DNA from: an uncultured Bacteroidota bacterium
GTDB taxonomy: Bacteria; Bacteroidota; Ignavibacteria; UBA10030; UBA6906
Assembly (NCBI GenBank): GCA_963700635.1
Contig: CAVOYH010000004.1
Location: forward strand, 192,001-256,000
Length of the DNA: 64,000 bases
Direction of reading: 5' to 3'
The notes under the pieces were generated by a model. It was not told the origin of the DNA, did no database searches, and was given only the letters and a program-made list of their open reading frames with translations. Of the stretch, positions 20,783 through 29,786 are shown piece after piece. Position 1 is the stretch's first letter, and every line of letters starts with the position of its first letter. The position numbers and the translations under genes were made by a program.

Positions 20783-21775
20783 GTGAATACATGGAAACCC
20801 GATGGTGAGCGTTATACATCCCTGATCTATCGCCGGTGCGGGCGAAGTGGTCTCAGACTTCCGCCGGTGTCGCTCGGACTCTGGCACAACTTCGGCGGCG
20901 TTGATCCGGAAGGCAATGGCCGGGCGATGCTCCGGAGAGCCTTTGACCTCGGCATCACCCACTTCGACCTTGCGAATAATTATGGTCCGCCGCCCGGATC
21001 GGCGGAAGAAACATTTGGCAGAATCTTCAAGAGTGATTTTGCTCCGTACCGTGATGAGCTGATCATATCCACAAAGGCTGGGCACCTGATGTGGCCCGGA
21101 CCGTATGGAGAATGGGGATCGCGGAAATATCTTATCGCCAGTCTGGATCAAAGTCTGAAGCGGATGGGATTGGAGTATGTTGACATCTTCTACTCCCACC
21201 GTCCCGATCCGGATACACCTCTTGAAGAAACCATGGGAGCGCTGGATTTTGCCGTTCGCTCGGGCAGGGCATTATACGCCGGCATTTCTTCGTACAATGC
21301 CGACCAGACACGCCGGGCGGCGGCCCTCCTGCGTCAGATGGGTACACCCTGCCTTATTCACCAGCCCGTCTATAACATGTTCAACCGGTGGATCGAGGGG
21401 GAACTCCTCGAAGTGCTCTCCCAGGATGGCATGGGTTGTATTGTCTTCTCCCCCCTGTCGCAGGGACTTCTGACCGAAAGGTACCTCGATGGAATTCCCC
21501 AGGACTCCCGGGCCGGAAAACCTCACGGATTTCTCAGACCCCAGCACATTACTGAAGAGAAGCTCACCCGGGTGCGGGCACTCCGGGTGATCGCCCGACG
21601 CCGGGACCAGACCGTGGCTCAGTTGGCGCTGTCATGGGTGCTGCGGCATCCGGGAGTCACTTCTGCGCTAGTCGGCGCAAGCTCCGTGGCGCAGATCGAA
21701 GAGAACCTCGCGGCGAGCGCCGCTCCCCCTCTTTCGGACGCGGAACTTCAGGAGATCGACAGGATTCTTCATTAA
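20783..21775 (+). CDS. Aldo/keto reductase, L-glyceraldehyde 3-phosphate reductase (YghZ/Gpr-like)
   Basis: SLGLWHNFG, HFDLANNYGPPPGSAE, STKAGHLMWPGPYGEWGSRKYL. Confidence 0.88.
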   Translation: MNTWKPDGERYTSLIYRRCGRSGLRLPPVSLGLWHNFGGVDPEGNGRAMLRRAFDLGITHFDLANNYGPPPGSAEETFGRIFKSDFAPYRDELIISTKAGHLMWPGPYGEWGSRKYLIASLDQSLKRMGLEYVDIFYSHRPDPDTPLEETMGALDFAVRSGRALYAGISSYNADQTRRAAALLRQMGTPCLIHQPVYNMFNRWIEGELLEVLSQDGMGCIVFSPLSQGLLTERYLDGIPQDSRAGKPHGFLRPQHITEEKLTRVRALRVIARRRDQTVAQLALSWVLRHPGVTSALVGASSVAQIEENLAASAAPPLSDAELQEIDRILH

Positions 21776-21866
21776 GAACCCCCTGCAGTCATCGTCAGCA
21801 CTCCCTCCACTCGCCGGAACCAGACAACCGCTCCTTGTGTTAGAATAGCAAAGGGAAAGATACCCC

Positions 21867-22371
21867 ATGCGGATGATTATCGGTTTTGTACTTTTCTGGG
21901 TCATTATGATAGGGAATGACGTTGAGTCTCCTCAACGTATCAAAGTCTATTCTCTTGCGTCGAAAGGATATATCTCAGTGGAAAAGGTCGTAAAGTCGGA
22001 TGAGGAATGGCGCAAGCAGTTGACGCCGGAACAATATGAAGATTACCCGCGGCCATGGGACCGAACGTGCATGTTCGGGGCTTTACTGGGCGAACCACGA
22101 AGCCGGTGTCTATTCCTGCGTGTGTTGTGATCTGGAGCTCTTTTCGTCCGGAACAAAATTTGATTCCGGAACCGGATGGCCCAGTTTCTGGGGTCCGGTG
22201 GCAAAAGAGAATATCCGGTCCGTGACGGACAGAAGTTACGGCATGGCACGGACCGAAATTCTGTGTGCCCGGTGTGACGCCCACCTGGGGCACGTGTTCG
22301 AAGACGGGCCTGCACCCACAGGACTCCGCTACTGCCTGAACTCTGTGGCATTAACATTCGCCCCGCGGTAA
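21867..22371 (+). CDS. msrB: Peptide-methionine (R)-S-oxide reductase with N-terminal signal/TM; +1 frameshift near 22038-22041
   Basis: [15 protein letters not shown] continues in next frame as ITRGHGTE...[11 protein letters not shown]...[19 protein letters not shown]. Confidence 0.88.
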
Positions 22372-22420
22372 CGCCCGGTACGCAGTGGTATCCCGCCCTC
22401 GCTCCCGGGCCGTAACCACC

Positions 22421-22449
22421 TTGCAACTCTTACCCCTTTGGTGTATCTT
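22421..22449 (+). promoter_or_regulatory. Sigma70-type promoter for glycosylation cluster
   Basis: TTGCAA-N17-TATCTT. Confidence 0.45.
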
Positions 22450-22492
22450 GCCTTGAATCTGCTGGCTTTTTATGTCTCTCCCGGGTTGACAC

Positions 22493-23479
22493 TTGCAGCG
22501 CAAGAAGATACTGTTTACCTCCAGCCTCTCCTCGCCGTTTATTCAGGAAGATCTCAGACTCTTGAAGCGGCATTTTGATGTAACGTACGTATGCACTGCC
22601 GGTCTCACCGCCCCCTTCAAAATTTTCTCGAAGGTGCGATCCCATGATGTGACATTCACATGGTTTGCATCCGTCTACGCGTTTTTCGCCGTGCTGGCCG
22701 GGCGTTTGTTTGGCAAGCGATCGATTGTCGTTATCGGAGGTGCTGACGCGTCAAAGATCCCGGAGATCCGGTACGGTATCTGGCTCTCCCCCTGGAAGGC
22801 CCAGCTGGTGAAGTGGGCGATGCGCCATGCCTATCGTGTGCTGGCGGTCGATCCCTCATTACAGAAAGAAGCAGCCCGCCTTGCGCAGTACGGAGGGGGG
22901 AATATTGAGTATGTCCCGACGGGCTATGATCCTGAAGTATGGAAACCCTCCGGACCGAAGGAAGCCTTCGTCCTGACTGTTGCCGGGTGTGACGACCGGT
23001 GGCGGATGAAGAAAAAAGGGCTGGACGTATTATTTGATGCAGCGGGAGCCTGTTCGGATGTACGTTTTGTTGTCGTGGGGATTCGCTCTGAGCTGATCAA
23101 GGAAATCCGCGAGTCTGTTCCGTCAAATGTTGAGCTGATCCCGTATCTGAGTCAGACTGACCTCCTGGCATACTACCAGCGTGCGGCCGTATATTGCCAG
23201 CCTTCTTATACGGAGGGCTTGCCCAACAGTCTTTGTGAAGCCATGCTGTGTGAATGTGTTCCGGTGGGGACAATTGCTGGAGGCATTCCCACGGCCATCA
23301 ATGATCGTGGCTACCTTGTCCCGTATGGAGATCCAGCTGTTCTGGCTGGTGCGATCCGGGAGGCATTGCAGGCGTCAGCGGGTGCGGGTAAACGGGCGCG
23401 GGAGTTCATCAGCGAGACGTTTACGCTGGAGAGAAGGGAATTGGCGTTGAACCGGGTGATAGGGGAGGCAACGCGGTGA
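22493..23479 (+). CDS. GT4 glycosyltransferase
   Basis: KKKGLD, YCQPSYTEGLPNSLCEAM (EX7E). Confidence 0.88.
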   Translation: MQRKKILFTSSLSSPFIQEDLRLLKRHFDVTYVCTAGLTAPFKIFSKVRSHDVTFTWFASVYAFFAVLAGRLFGKRSIVVIGGADASKIPEIRYGIWLSPWKAQLVKWAMRHAYRVLAVDPSLQKEAARLAQYGGGNIEYVPTGYDPEVWKPSGPKEAFVLTVAGCDDRWRMKKKGLDVLFDAAGACSDVRFVVVGIRSELIKEIRESVPSNVELIPYLSQTDLLAYYQRAAVYCQPSYTEGLPNSLCEAMLCECVPVGTIAGGIPTAINDRGYLVPYGDPAVLAGAIREALQASAGAGKRAREFISETFTLERRELALNRVIGEATR

Positions 23480-23492
23480 TGGTGTCTGGGAT

Positions 23493-24896
23493 ATGAAACG
23501 ACCGCTCCGCAACATAGCTTCACTCTTTGCTGGTGATGTTGCCAGCCGCGGGGTTGGTTTTCTTGTTACCGTCTATCTTGCCCGGGTCCTCGAGCCTGCG
23601 GGGTTTGGGCTTGTGAGTGTAGGCATGGCTCTGCTGGGACACCTGCAGATGCTCTCGAGTCCGGGCGTGCAGCTTGTAGAGACACGGAACGCCGCCCGTC
23701 CGGGCGGGATGGACGCCAGACGTTTCGGCGGCGTCCTCACACTACGCCTTGTGCTGTCGGCGATGCTGTTTGTCACCGCGGCTGTTGTCTTGTTCAGCAT
23801 TCCGTATGATCCCGCCTTCCGTGCTGTAGTCCTCTGGAGTCTGGCCTCTCTGTTTCCTCTTGCCGTTGCCACAGACTGGTATTTGCAGGGGCACGAACGT
23901 ATGGGCCCGGTTGCCCTCGCCCGATTTGTGGGCTACTGTTTTTACGGACTGGTTGCCTGGATGCTCGTCCGCTCCACAGACGACGTCACGATGGCTCCCG
24001 CAGCGTTTTTTCTGGGAAGTATCGTTACGTCGGGGATGCTCTGGAACGCTGCCGTGTCCCGGCGTTCTCCCCTCCGGCTGACCTGGGATCGGAAGCTCTG
24101 GGTGCAGGTACTGCGTGAAAACATCGCCGTCGGCGGCGCAATGTTTGTCGGGCAGATGGTCATCAACCTCCCTCCCGTGGTGATTGCGGCAACATGGAGT
24201 ACCGCAGATGCCGGACTTTATAACGCTGCCATGAAGCTTGTGTTTTTGCTTCTGATTGCCGACCGTGTTCTCAATGCGATTCTCCTTCCGGCGCTGACAA
24301 GGGTTCGCAACACAAAACCAGCCGAGCTGGAGAACCTGGTGACAATCACGACAAAACTCGTGCTCGCGGGTATCGTCTGTATCATTCTTCTCGGAAATCT
24401 CCTCGCGCCATGGGGAGTCCATCTTGTGTACGGTCAGGCCTATGAAGGTGCCGGACTGGTGTTCCGCATCCTCCTTTTGTATGTTGGACTTACGCTTATC
24501 AATTCTGTTGCATCAAATGTCCTGCTTGCGGCCGGGCAGGAGCGTGTGTACAGCGGAATCCTGGTGCGGGGATCTCTCGTCCTTGTGGTGGCCATGGTTG
24601 TCCTCACGCCGCTCTTCGGGATCGTGGGGACTGCGGCCGGAGCCGTGATCGGGGAACTGGTTACTGTAATACTGATGGCCCGGCGGGCGAGATCCGAGGG
24701 GCTTTTCCCGCGAATCGGTGTGATCGCCGCTCCTCTCCTTGCCGGCTCAGTCGCCGCGGCTGCCGGATGGATGACATGGCCGGTTTCGGGATTTCTCTCT
24801 GTGGGTGCAACGGGTGTCATATTTATAGGACTCCTGATACTTTTTAGAGTGTTTAAGAGTGAAGATTTTGTGTACATGAAGGACCGACTCGTCTGA
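23493..24896 (+). CDS. Wzx-like oligosaccharide flippase
   Basis: YLARVLEPAGFG, AGLYNAA motifs; many hydrophobic segments; GT neighbours. Confidence 0.85.
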   Translation: MKRPLRNIASLFAGDVASRGVGFLVTVYLARVLEPAGFGLVSVGMALLGHLQMLSSPGVQLVETRNAARPGGMDARRFGGVLTLRLVLSAMLFVTAAVVLFSIPYDPAFRAVVLWSLASLFPLAVATDWYLQGHERMGPVALARFVGYCFYGLVAWMLVRSTDDVTMAPAAFFLGSIVTSGMLWNAAVSRRSPLRLTWDRKLWVQVLRENIAVGGAMFVGQMVINLPPVVIAATWSTADAGLYNAAMKLVFLLLIADRVLNAILLPALTRVRNTKPAELENLVTITTKLVLAGIVCIILLGNLLAPWGVHLVYGQAYEGAGLVFRILLLYVGLTLINSVASNVLLAAGQERVYSGILVRGSLVLVVAMVVLTPLFGIVGTAAGAVIGELVTVILMARRARSEGLFPRIGVIAAPLLAGSVAAAAGWMTWPVSGFLSVGATGVIFIGLLILFRVFKSEDFVYMKDRLV

Positions 24897-26449
24897 ACAT
24901 CCTCGCAGGTCTTACACGGCGTTCCCGTACATGGGAGCAGGTACTCACGAGAGAGGGATTCCCCTGGCGCTCTGTGAATCTTTCGGATGGGGAGGGGGTG
25001 CCGGAGTGCAGCCTGCTGATTGTGACACACACACTGGATGCAACCGAGCGGGATACCATTGAACAGTACCTCCGGAGTGGAGGGGCCATCCTGGCGTATG
25101 CCCGCCATGTGGCGGGTGTCGGGGGTACAAGTGTGCGTCGTGAGCGGCTCCATTATATTCTTTCCGAGGGTGATCCGGTGTTTCCATCCATCCGGGTCAT
25201 AGATCTTGGGTGCGAAGGCCATATCCCCCGGGAGGCAAATCATCTCCGCACGCATCAGAACCAGCACGCCATATTTGCCGGCCCGCTGCTGGGCGGTTCG
25301 GCCGTCCTCCTCCCGTTTGATGTGCAACGGGTGCTTACAGACGTCCGGACGACGAACAAAGCATTTTATTCGCGCCGGGACCGCCTGCCAACAGAGCGTG
25401 TGTCACTTGTGTCACGGGGAGAGATATTCCAGCTCTGTCATCATGCGTTCGAGTACCTGCATCATTCCCGGTCGTTGCCGTATGTTCACCTCTGGTATTT
25501 CCCGGAAACGGCTGGAAATGTGCTGGCATTTCGTATTGATACAGATGGCGCGGCCCGGCATGATATCGATGCTCTCTACAGCGTTCTCCGGAACGCTCAG
25601 ACCGAGGGAACCTGGTTTCTGGATGTGGCCGCGCATGAGCCCTGGCTTCCGCATTTTTCGACCCTGGCGGGACAGGAGCTGGCCCTTCACTGTTACGAAC
25701 ACCGCATTGAAGCGGACCCCGGGCGTCAGGCCGCACAGTGGGGTCGTGCACTCGCGATGATGCGGCAGGCAGGTTTTGCCCCGCACGGCGTTGCGGCTCC
25801 GTTCGGAACGTGGACTCCGGCGCTGGGGAAGGTCATCGATGGGCTTGGCCTGTTATACTCTTCCGAGTTTTCGTATGCCTACGATACACTTCCTCTTCTT
25901 GCCGAGGCAGACGATCGGATCTACCGTACGCTTCAAGTGCCGGTGCATCCGATCAGCATCGGAAGTCTCCGCCGGGCAGGAGCGACCTCACGGCAGATGA
26001 TTGACTACTACAGATCGACGATTGACGCGCACTGGGCCCGGAATATTCCGCTTGTGTTTTACCATCACCCGGGACACCGGCACTGGGAGGTTGTTGAGGC
26101 GCTGCTGGAGTACGGGCAAACGTTCAATGTGTCACGGATGCGTCTGGGTCAAGTGGCGCAATGGTGGATGGCCCGCGGGCAGCTGGAAGCACGATTTGAA
26201 GTCCGGGAGAGCGTGTTACAGGTGGCCAATGCTGATGCTCTGGCCGAAGCGCGTATTGGAATCAGGGTCGCGCTAACGGAGGAACATTCGCTCGTGCTCC
26301 GACCCGCCGCGACCATTCTTCTGGACTCGCGTGAACAGCTTGTCCGGGCGCAGGTGCAGGTCCCTGATGACCTTCACCGGATCCGGGCTGCAGATCCGCG
26401 GCGCGTGCTCGGAGATCTTTACACAGCAATGCTCAGGAGGTTGAAGTGA
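24893..26449 (+). CDS. Polysaccharide deacetylase-like (NodB-fold) protein
   Basis: FRIDTD, GQELALHCYEH, AAPFG, YSSEFS, FYHHP motifs; frame stays open upstream of GTG 24974 to a CTG at 24893 overlapping the flippase stop. Confidence 0.65.
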   Translation: MNILAGLTRRSRTWEQVLTREGFPWRSVNLSDGEGVPECSLLIVTHTLDATERDTIEQYLRSGGAILAYARHVAGVGGTSVRRERLHYILSEGDPVFPSIRVIDLGCEGHIPREANHLRTHQNQHAIFAGPLLGGSAVLLPFDVQRVLTDVRTTNKAFYSRRDRLPTERVSLVSRGEIFQLCHHAFEYLHHSRSLPYVHLWYFPETAGNVLAFRIDTDGAARHDIDALYSVLRNAQTEGTWFLDVAAHEPWLPHFSTLAGQELALHCYEHRIEADPGRQAAQWGRALAMMRQAGFAPHGVAAPFGTWTPALGKVIDGLGLLYSSEFSYAYDTLPLLAEADDRIYRTLQVPVHPISIGSLRRAGATSRQMIDYYRSTIDAHWARNIPLVFYHHPGHRHWEVVEALLEYGQTFNVSRMRLGQVAQWWMARGQLEARFEVRESVLQVANADALAEARIGIRVALTEEHSLVLRPAATILLDSREQLVRAQVQVPDDLHRIRAADPRRVLGDLYTAMLRRLK

Positions 26450-27480
26450 CGGTCCACGTTGCGGGATATCAGGCGGTCTCCATATTACACGGCGGGCCCC
26501 GGACACAGATAGACGAAACGGTACGGCATCTGGAGGGTCTGGGGGTTAACACGGCCCTGTTTGATCCCTGGAAGCCCTTCCGTCCGGCGCCGGACGACAT
26601 TGTTCATATGTTCGCTGCGAACATCGGGACATACCACCTGGCCCGGGAGATCAGGGCGCTGGGTGTTCCGCTCGTTGTGTCACCCATTACCTACAGCCGC
26701 CATTCTCCCCGATTTATCCGAAACGTGCTGCGCACCACCCGGGTGATCCAGAAAAAGGCACGGGGAGTCTGGACGGATTACGGTCTCTGTGCGGAAATCT
26801 GTTCGTGGGCAGCCAGAGTCATGCCCAACACGCAGGCAGAAGCAGATCTGCTCGTGCGCGGTTATGGCGTTCCGGAGGGGAAGGTGCGTGTGGTCCCCAA
26901 CGGCGTCCATGAACGATTTCTTGACGCCGATCCGAAAACCTTTGAAAAGGCATACGGGTTAAAGGGTTTTATCTTGAACGTCGGGCACACGGGGCATACA
27001 CGGAAGAACGTGCTGCGACTTATTAAAGCACTCGGGCCGCTTGGCCATCCGGCGGTGATCATCGGACGGATTATCAAGAGTCCGTACGGGGACGCCTGTG
27101 TCCGCGAGGCCGCCCGGTACAAACACATCCTGCTCATTGACGGGTTGGAGAACAATTCTGCCATGCTTGCTTCGGCATACGCGGCGTGTGATGTGTTTGT
27201 GCTTCCTTCCTTATTCGAGACGCCGGGCATCGCCGCTCTTGAGGCCGGCCTTGCCGGAGCAAAGGTGGTGATCACTCCCCATGGAGGGACCCGTGAGTAT
27301 TTTGGGGATCTGGCCCGGTATGTCGATCCGTTGAGCGAAGATTCAATCCGGCAGGGGATTCAGGAAGTGTTGAGCATGACAAAAGACGAGCGGCTCAGAC
27401 GTCACATCGCCGGCCACTATCTCTGGCGGCACGTTGCGGAAAAGACTGCAGCGGTGTATCGGGAAATTATGTCCCGTTGA
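26446..27480 (+). CDS. GT4 glycosyltransferase
   Basis: VVPNGV, RKNVLRL, FVLPSLFETPGIAALEA. Confidence 0.88.
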   Translation: MTVHVAGYQAVSILHGGPRTQIDETVRHLEGLGVNTALFDPWKPFRPAPDDIVHMFAANIGTYHLAREIRALGVPLVVSPITYSRHSPRFIRNVLRTTRVIQKKARGVWTDYGLCAEICSWAARVMPNTQAEADLLVRGYGVPEGKVRVVPNGVHERFLDADPKTFEKAYGLKGFILNVGHTGHTRKNVLRLIKALGPLGHPAVIIGRIIKSPYGDACVREAARYKHILLIDGLENNSAMLASAYAACDVFVLPSLFETPGIAALEAGLAGAKVVITPHGGTREYFGDLARYVDPLSEDSIRQGIQEVLSMTKDERLRRHIAGHYLWRHVAEKTAAVYREIMSR

Positions 27481-27495
27481 TGACTTGCAGAAAAT

Positions 27496-27939
27496 CTAAT
27501 CAGCAGGCAGAGGTTCCCAGAGTAGTTCGATGTCTGTACCGCTCAGCACGCCGATCTGGATATCGTACCGTTCCTCCTGAATGGTAATCGTTCCCCATCC
27601 GGGCATGACATAGGAATTGCCCGGTCCGGCCCGCTGGAATCGCAGGACAATTCCCGTACCGAAGTCCACCGTAATCCAATCCTCTCCCTGAGCCACAGCT
27701 CTCCCTTGATCGGCAGTTGAAACCCGAAGGTAGCGGTGTCCGTCCTTCTTGAATGGCCCTTTGTCGTCCAGCGGTTCCAGAATCCCGACAGACCGGAATT
27801 CCGTATCGACGGCAATGTGGAACACACAATCTGTCAGATTGCGGGTCATCCGGACTTCGTCAGTGAACGGTGCGTATGATGGAGCACAGCCGGAGATCAT
27901 CAGCGCAAGGATCAGGGGGAGCGAGTGTCTTCTCTTCAT
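27496..27939 (-). CDS. Hypothetical lipoprotein
   Basis: MKRR plus hydrophobic stretch plus lipobox ISGC. Confidence 0.7.
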   Translation of the reverse strand: MKRRHSLPLILALMISGCAPSYAPFTDEVRMTRNLTDCVFHIAVDTEFRSVGILEPLDDKGPFKKDGHRYLRVSTADQGRAVAQGEDWITVDFGTGIVLRFQRAGPGNSYVMPGWGTITIQEERYDIQIGVLSGTDIELLWEPLPAD

Positions 27940-27950
27940 GGGAGTTGAGA

Positions 27951-28655
27951 TTATGGTTGAGAGTGATCGTGGGGGACCGGGTGGGCATCGGCGGCCATTG
28001 TGGCGGCAAGTTCATGGCCGAGATATCGGTCCACTCCGGCATGGACGAGATAGAGAATCGGCGTGATTCCCACAGCGATAAGAAATTTATAGATGTAGTT
28101 TGTGGTGCCTATGCCCAGAATCTGCATGGCGGATAATGGGCCGAGGAATGCTATGTAGAGGACGACGAATGAGTCGACCAATTGTGAGACAACGGTTGAT
28201 CCGGTCGCCCGGAGCCAGAGCATCTTTCCTCCTGTCCGGCGCCGGAGATAGTGAAAGACATAAATATCCACAAATTGTCCGATGAGGTATGCGGTGAGCG
28301 AACCAACAATGATCCGGGCCGAGACCCCGAAGACGGAATTAAACGCTTCATGTGATACCGGCGATATGGCCGCAGCCGGTATGGACATTTCAATCTGAAG
28401 GAGCACCAGGGCGAACAGGACCATTGCCATTCCCAGCAGGGTGATAAACCGTATGCCCCTGCGCCCGTAATATTCGTTAATAATATCGGTCACGATGAAG
28501 GTGATGGGAAAGGGGATCACGCCCATCGTGAGGATAAAATCCAGTTCGCCCCAGAGGGTGATCTGGATGAGTTTTCCACCGGTTATCTCCGCCAGCAGCA
28601 GGGCGGTGAGAAAAACACTTCCGAGAATAGTGAAGAGCGTGACGCGTTTGTCCAT
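27951..28655 (-). CDS. Queuosine precursor transporter (YhhQ/VUT family)
   Basis: FPITFIVTDIINEYYG, SLTAYLIGQFVD, LWLRATGSTVVSQLVDS motifs. Confidence 0.9.
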   Translation of the reverse strand: MDKRVTLFTILGSVFLTALLLAEITGGKLIQITLWGELDFILTMGVIPFPITFIVTDIINEYYGRRGIRFITLLGMAMVLFALVLLQIEMSIPAAAISPVSHEAFNSVFGVSARIIVGSLTAYLIGQFVDIYVFHYLRRRTGGKMLWLRATGSTVVSQLVDSFVVLYIAFLGPLSAMQILGIGTTNYIYKFLIAVGITPILYLVHAGVDRYLGHELAATMAADAHPVPHDHSQP

Positions 28656-28915
28656 GAGCGAGCGGTTCCGAAAATGCATCTAGTCAATTGTACTAAGATA
28701 CAAAATCTCCGGTTAATTCGTAATCATTCCATCCTCTATGCTTCCTGTTCTCAGGATGCCATAGCCGGCATGATCGGGCGACACGGGGGTGCCTCTGAAA
28801 ACCCATAGGGAGACCCGCGCGACGGTGTACAGTATCATGTCCTGCGGGAATATTGATTTTTTTCATGGAAATGCTTTGATTGAGGGCATATTGAATTGTT
28901 CTTTTCGAGAGCCCC

Positions 28916-29785
28916 GTGAAGGTGCATACAGCTTTCGTTGTTTTTCTGCTCTCTCTGGGTATGCTGGTCCCACTTGCGATCGGCCTGAGGGGATGCAGCT
29001 ACTACGCTACTGGAGTCGCGGATCGGCCTTTCCATTCGCAGTACGAAGCTCTTAAACCTTCAGGCACCGAAAGCCACGGATATGGAATCGTCGGTTCACT
29101 TCTGATTATTACTGGAGTCACGTCGTACTCCTCCCGCAAACGATGGCGGCTGCTCCGCACAGCTGGCTCGCTTCGCACCTTCCTTGAAGTCCACATTTTT
29201 CTCTGCCTTCTCGGTCCCACGCTTGTCCTGTACCATACAACATTTAAATTCGGCGGACTGATCGCCGTTGGGACCTGGAGCATGCTGGCCGTCGTCGCCA
29301 GCGGTGTAATCGGCCGGTATTTATACACCCAGATACCGAAAACGCTGCAGGGTCACGAAATGACTGTCGAGGAACTTGGCCGGGAGACCGATCGACTCAA
29401 GCAACAAATCGAGATCCAATCCGGTCTTTCGGCCGTTGAACTCGATCGACTGGATACCCTCCTCATTGCACCTGTTGGCGTCCGTCCGGAGAGCGTATTC
29501 ACAACCCTTGGCCGCACGCTTGTCTTCGACCTGACAAAATACCGACGGCTACGTGTGTTCCGGGCTGAATTGAAGCATCGTATTGCCGGTCGTGCGATTG
29601 CCGATCTTGAAAGGACAGCCCTGCGCCGCGTCAATCTCCGTCGCCGCCTGGCCTTGCTCGAACACTCCCGCAAGCTATTTCATCTCTGGCATGTTATTCA
29701 CCTCCCATTCACGATTGTTCTGTTCGTGATCCTTCTCGTGCACGTGGCAGTTGCCCTGGCATTCGGATACTGGTGGGTGTGGTAG
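28916..29785 (+). CDS. Inner-membrane protein, putative cytochrome b-like partner of multiheme cytochromes
   Basis: Multiple TM helices with His in membrane segments (EVHIFL, LYHTTF, WHVIHLPF, LVHVAV). Confidence 0.7.
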   Translation: MKVHTAFVVFLLSLGMLVPLAIGLRGCSYYATGVADRPFHSQYEALKPSGTESHGYGIVGSLLIITGVTSYSSRKRWRLLRTAGSLRTFLEVHIFLCLLGPTLVLYHTTFKFGGLIAVGTWSMLAVVASGVIGRYLYTQIPKTLQGHEMTVEELGRETDRLKQQIEIQSGLSAVELDRLDTLLIAPVGVRPESVFTTLGRTLVFDLTKYRRLRVFRAELKHRIAGRAIADLERTALRRVNLRRRLALLEHSRKLFHLWHVIHLPFTIVLFVILLVHVAVALAFGYWWVW

Positions 29786-29786
29786 G

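Noticed and set aside
28656-28760. PreQ1 riboswitch upstream of the queuosine precursor transporter
   Set aside because: No preQ1 stem-loop plus A-rich tail recognisable on the minus strand
28784-28815. TPP-riboswitch-like GGGGTGCCTCTGAAAACCC
   Set aside because: Lacks CTGAGA and the GAACCTGAT/AGCG core; downstream genes unrelated to thiamine
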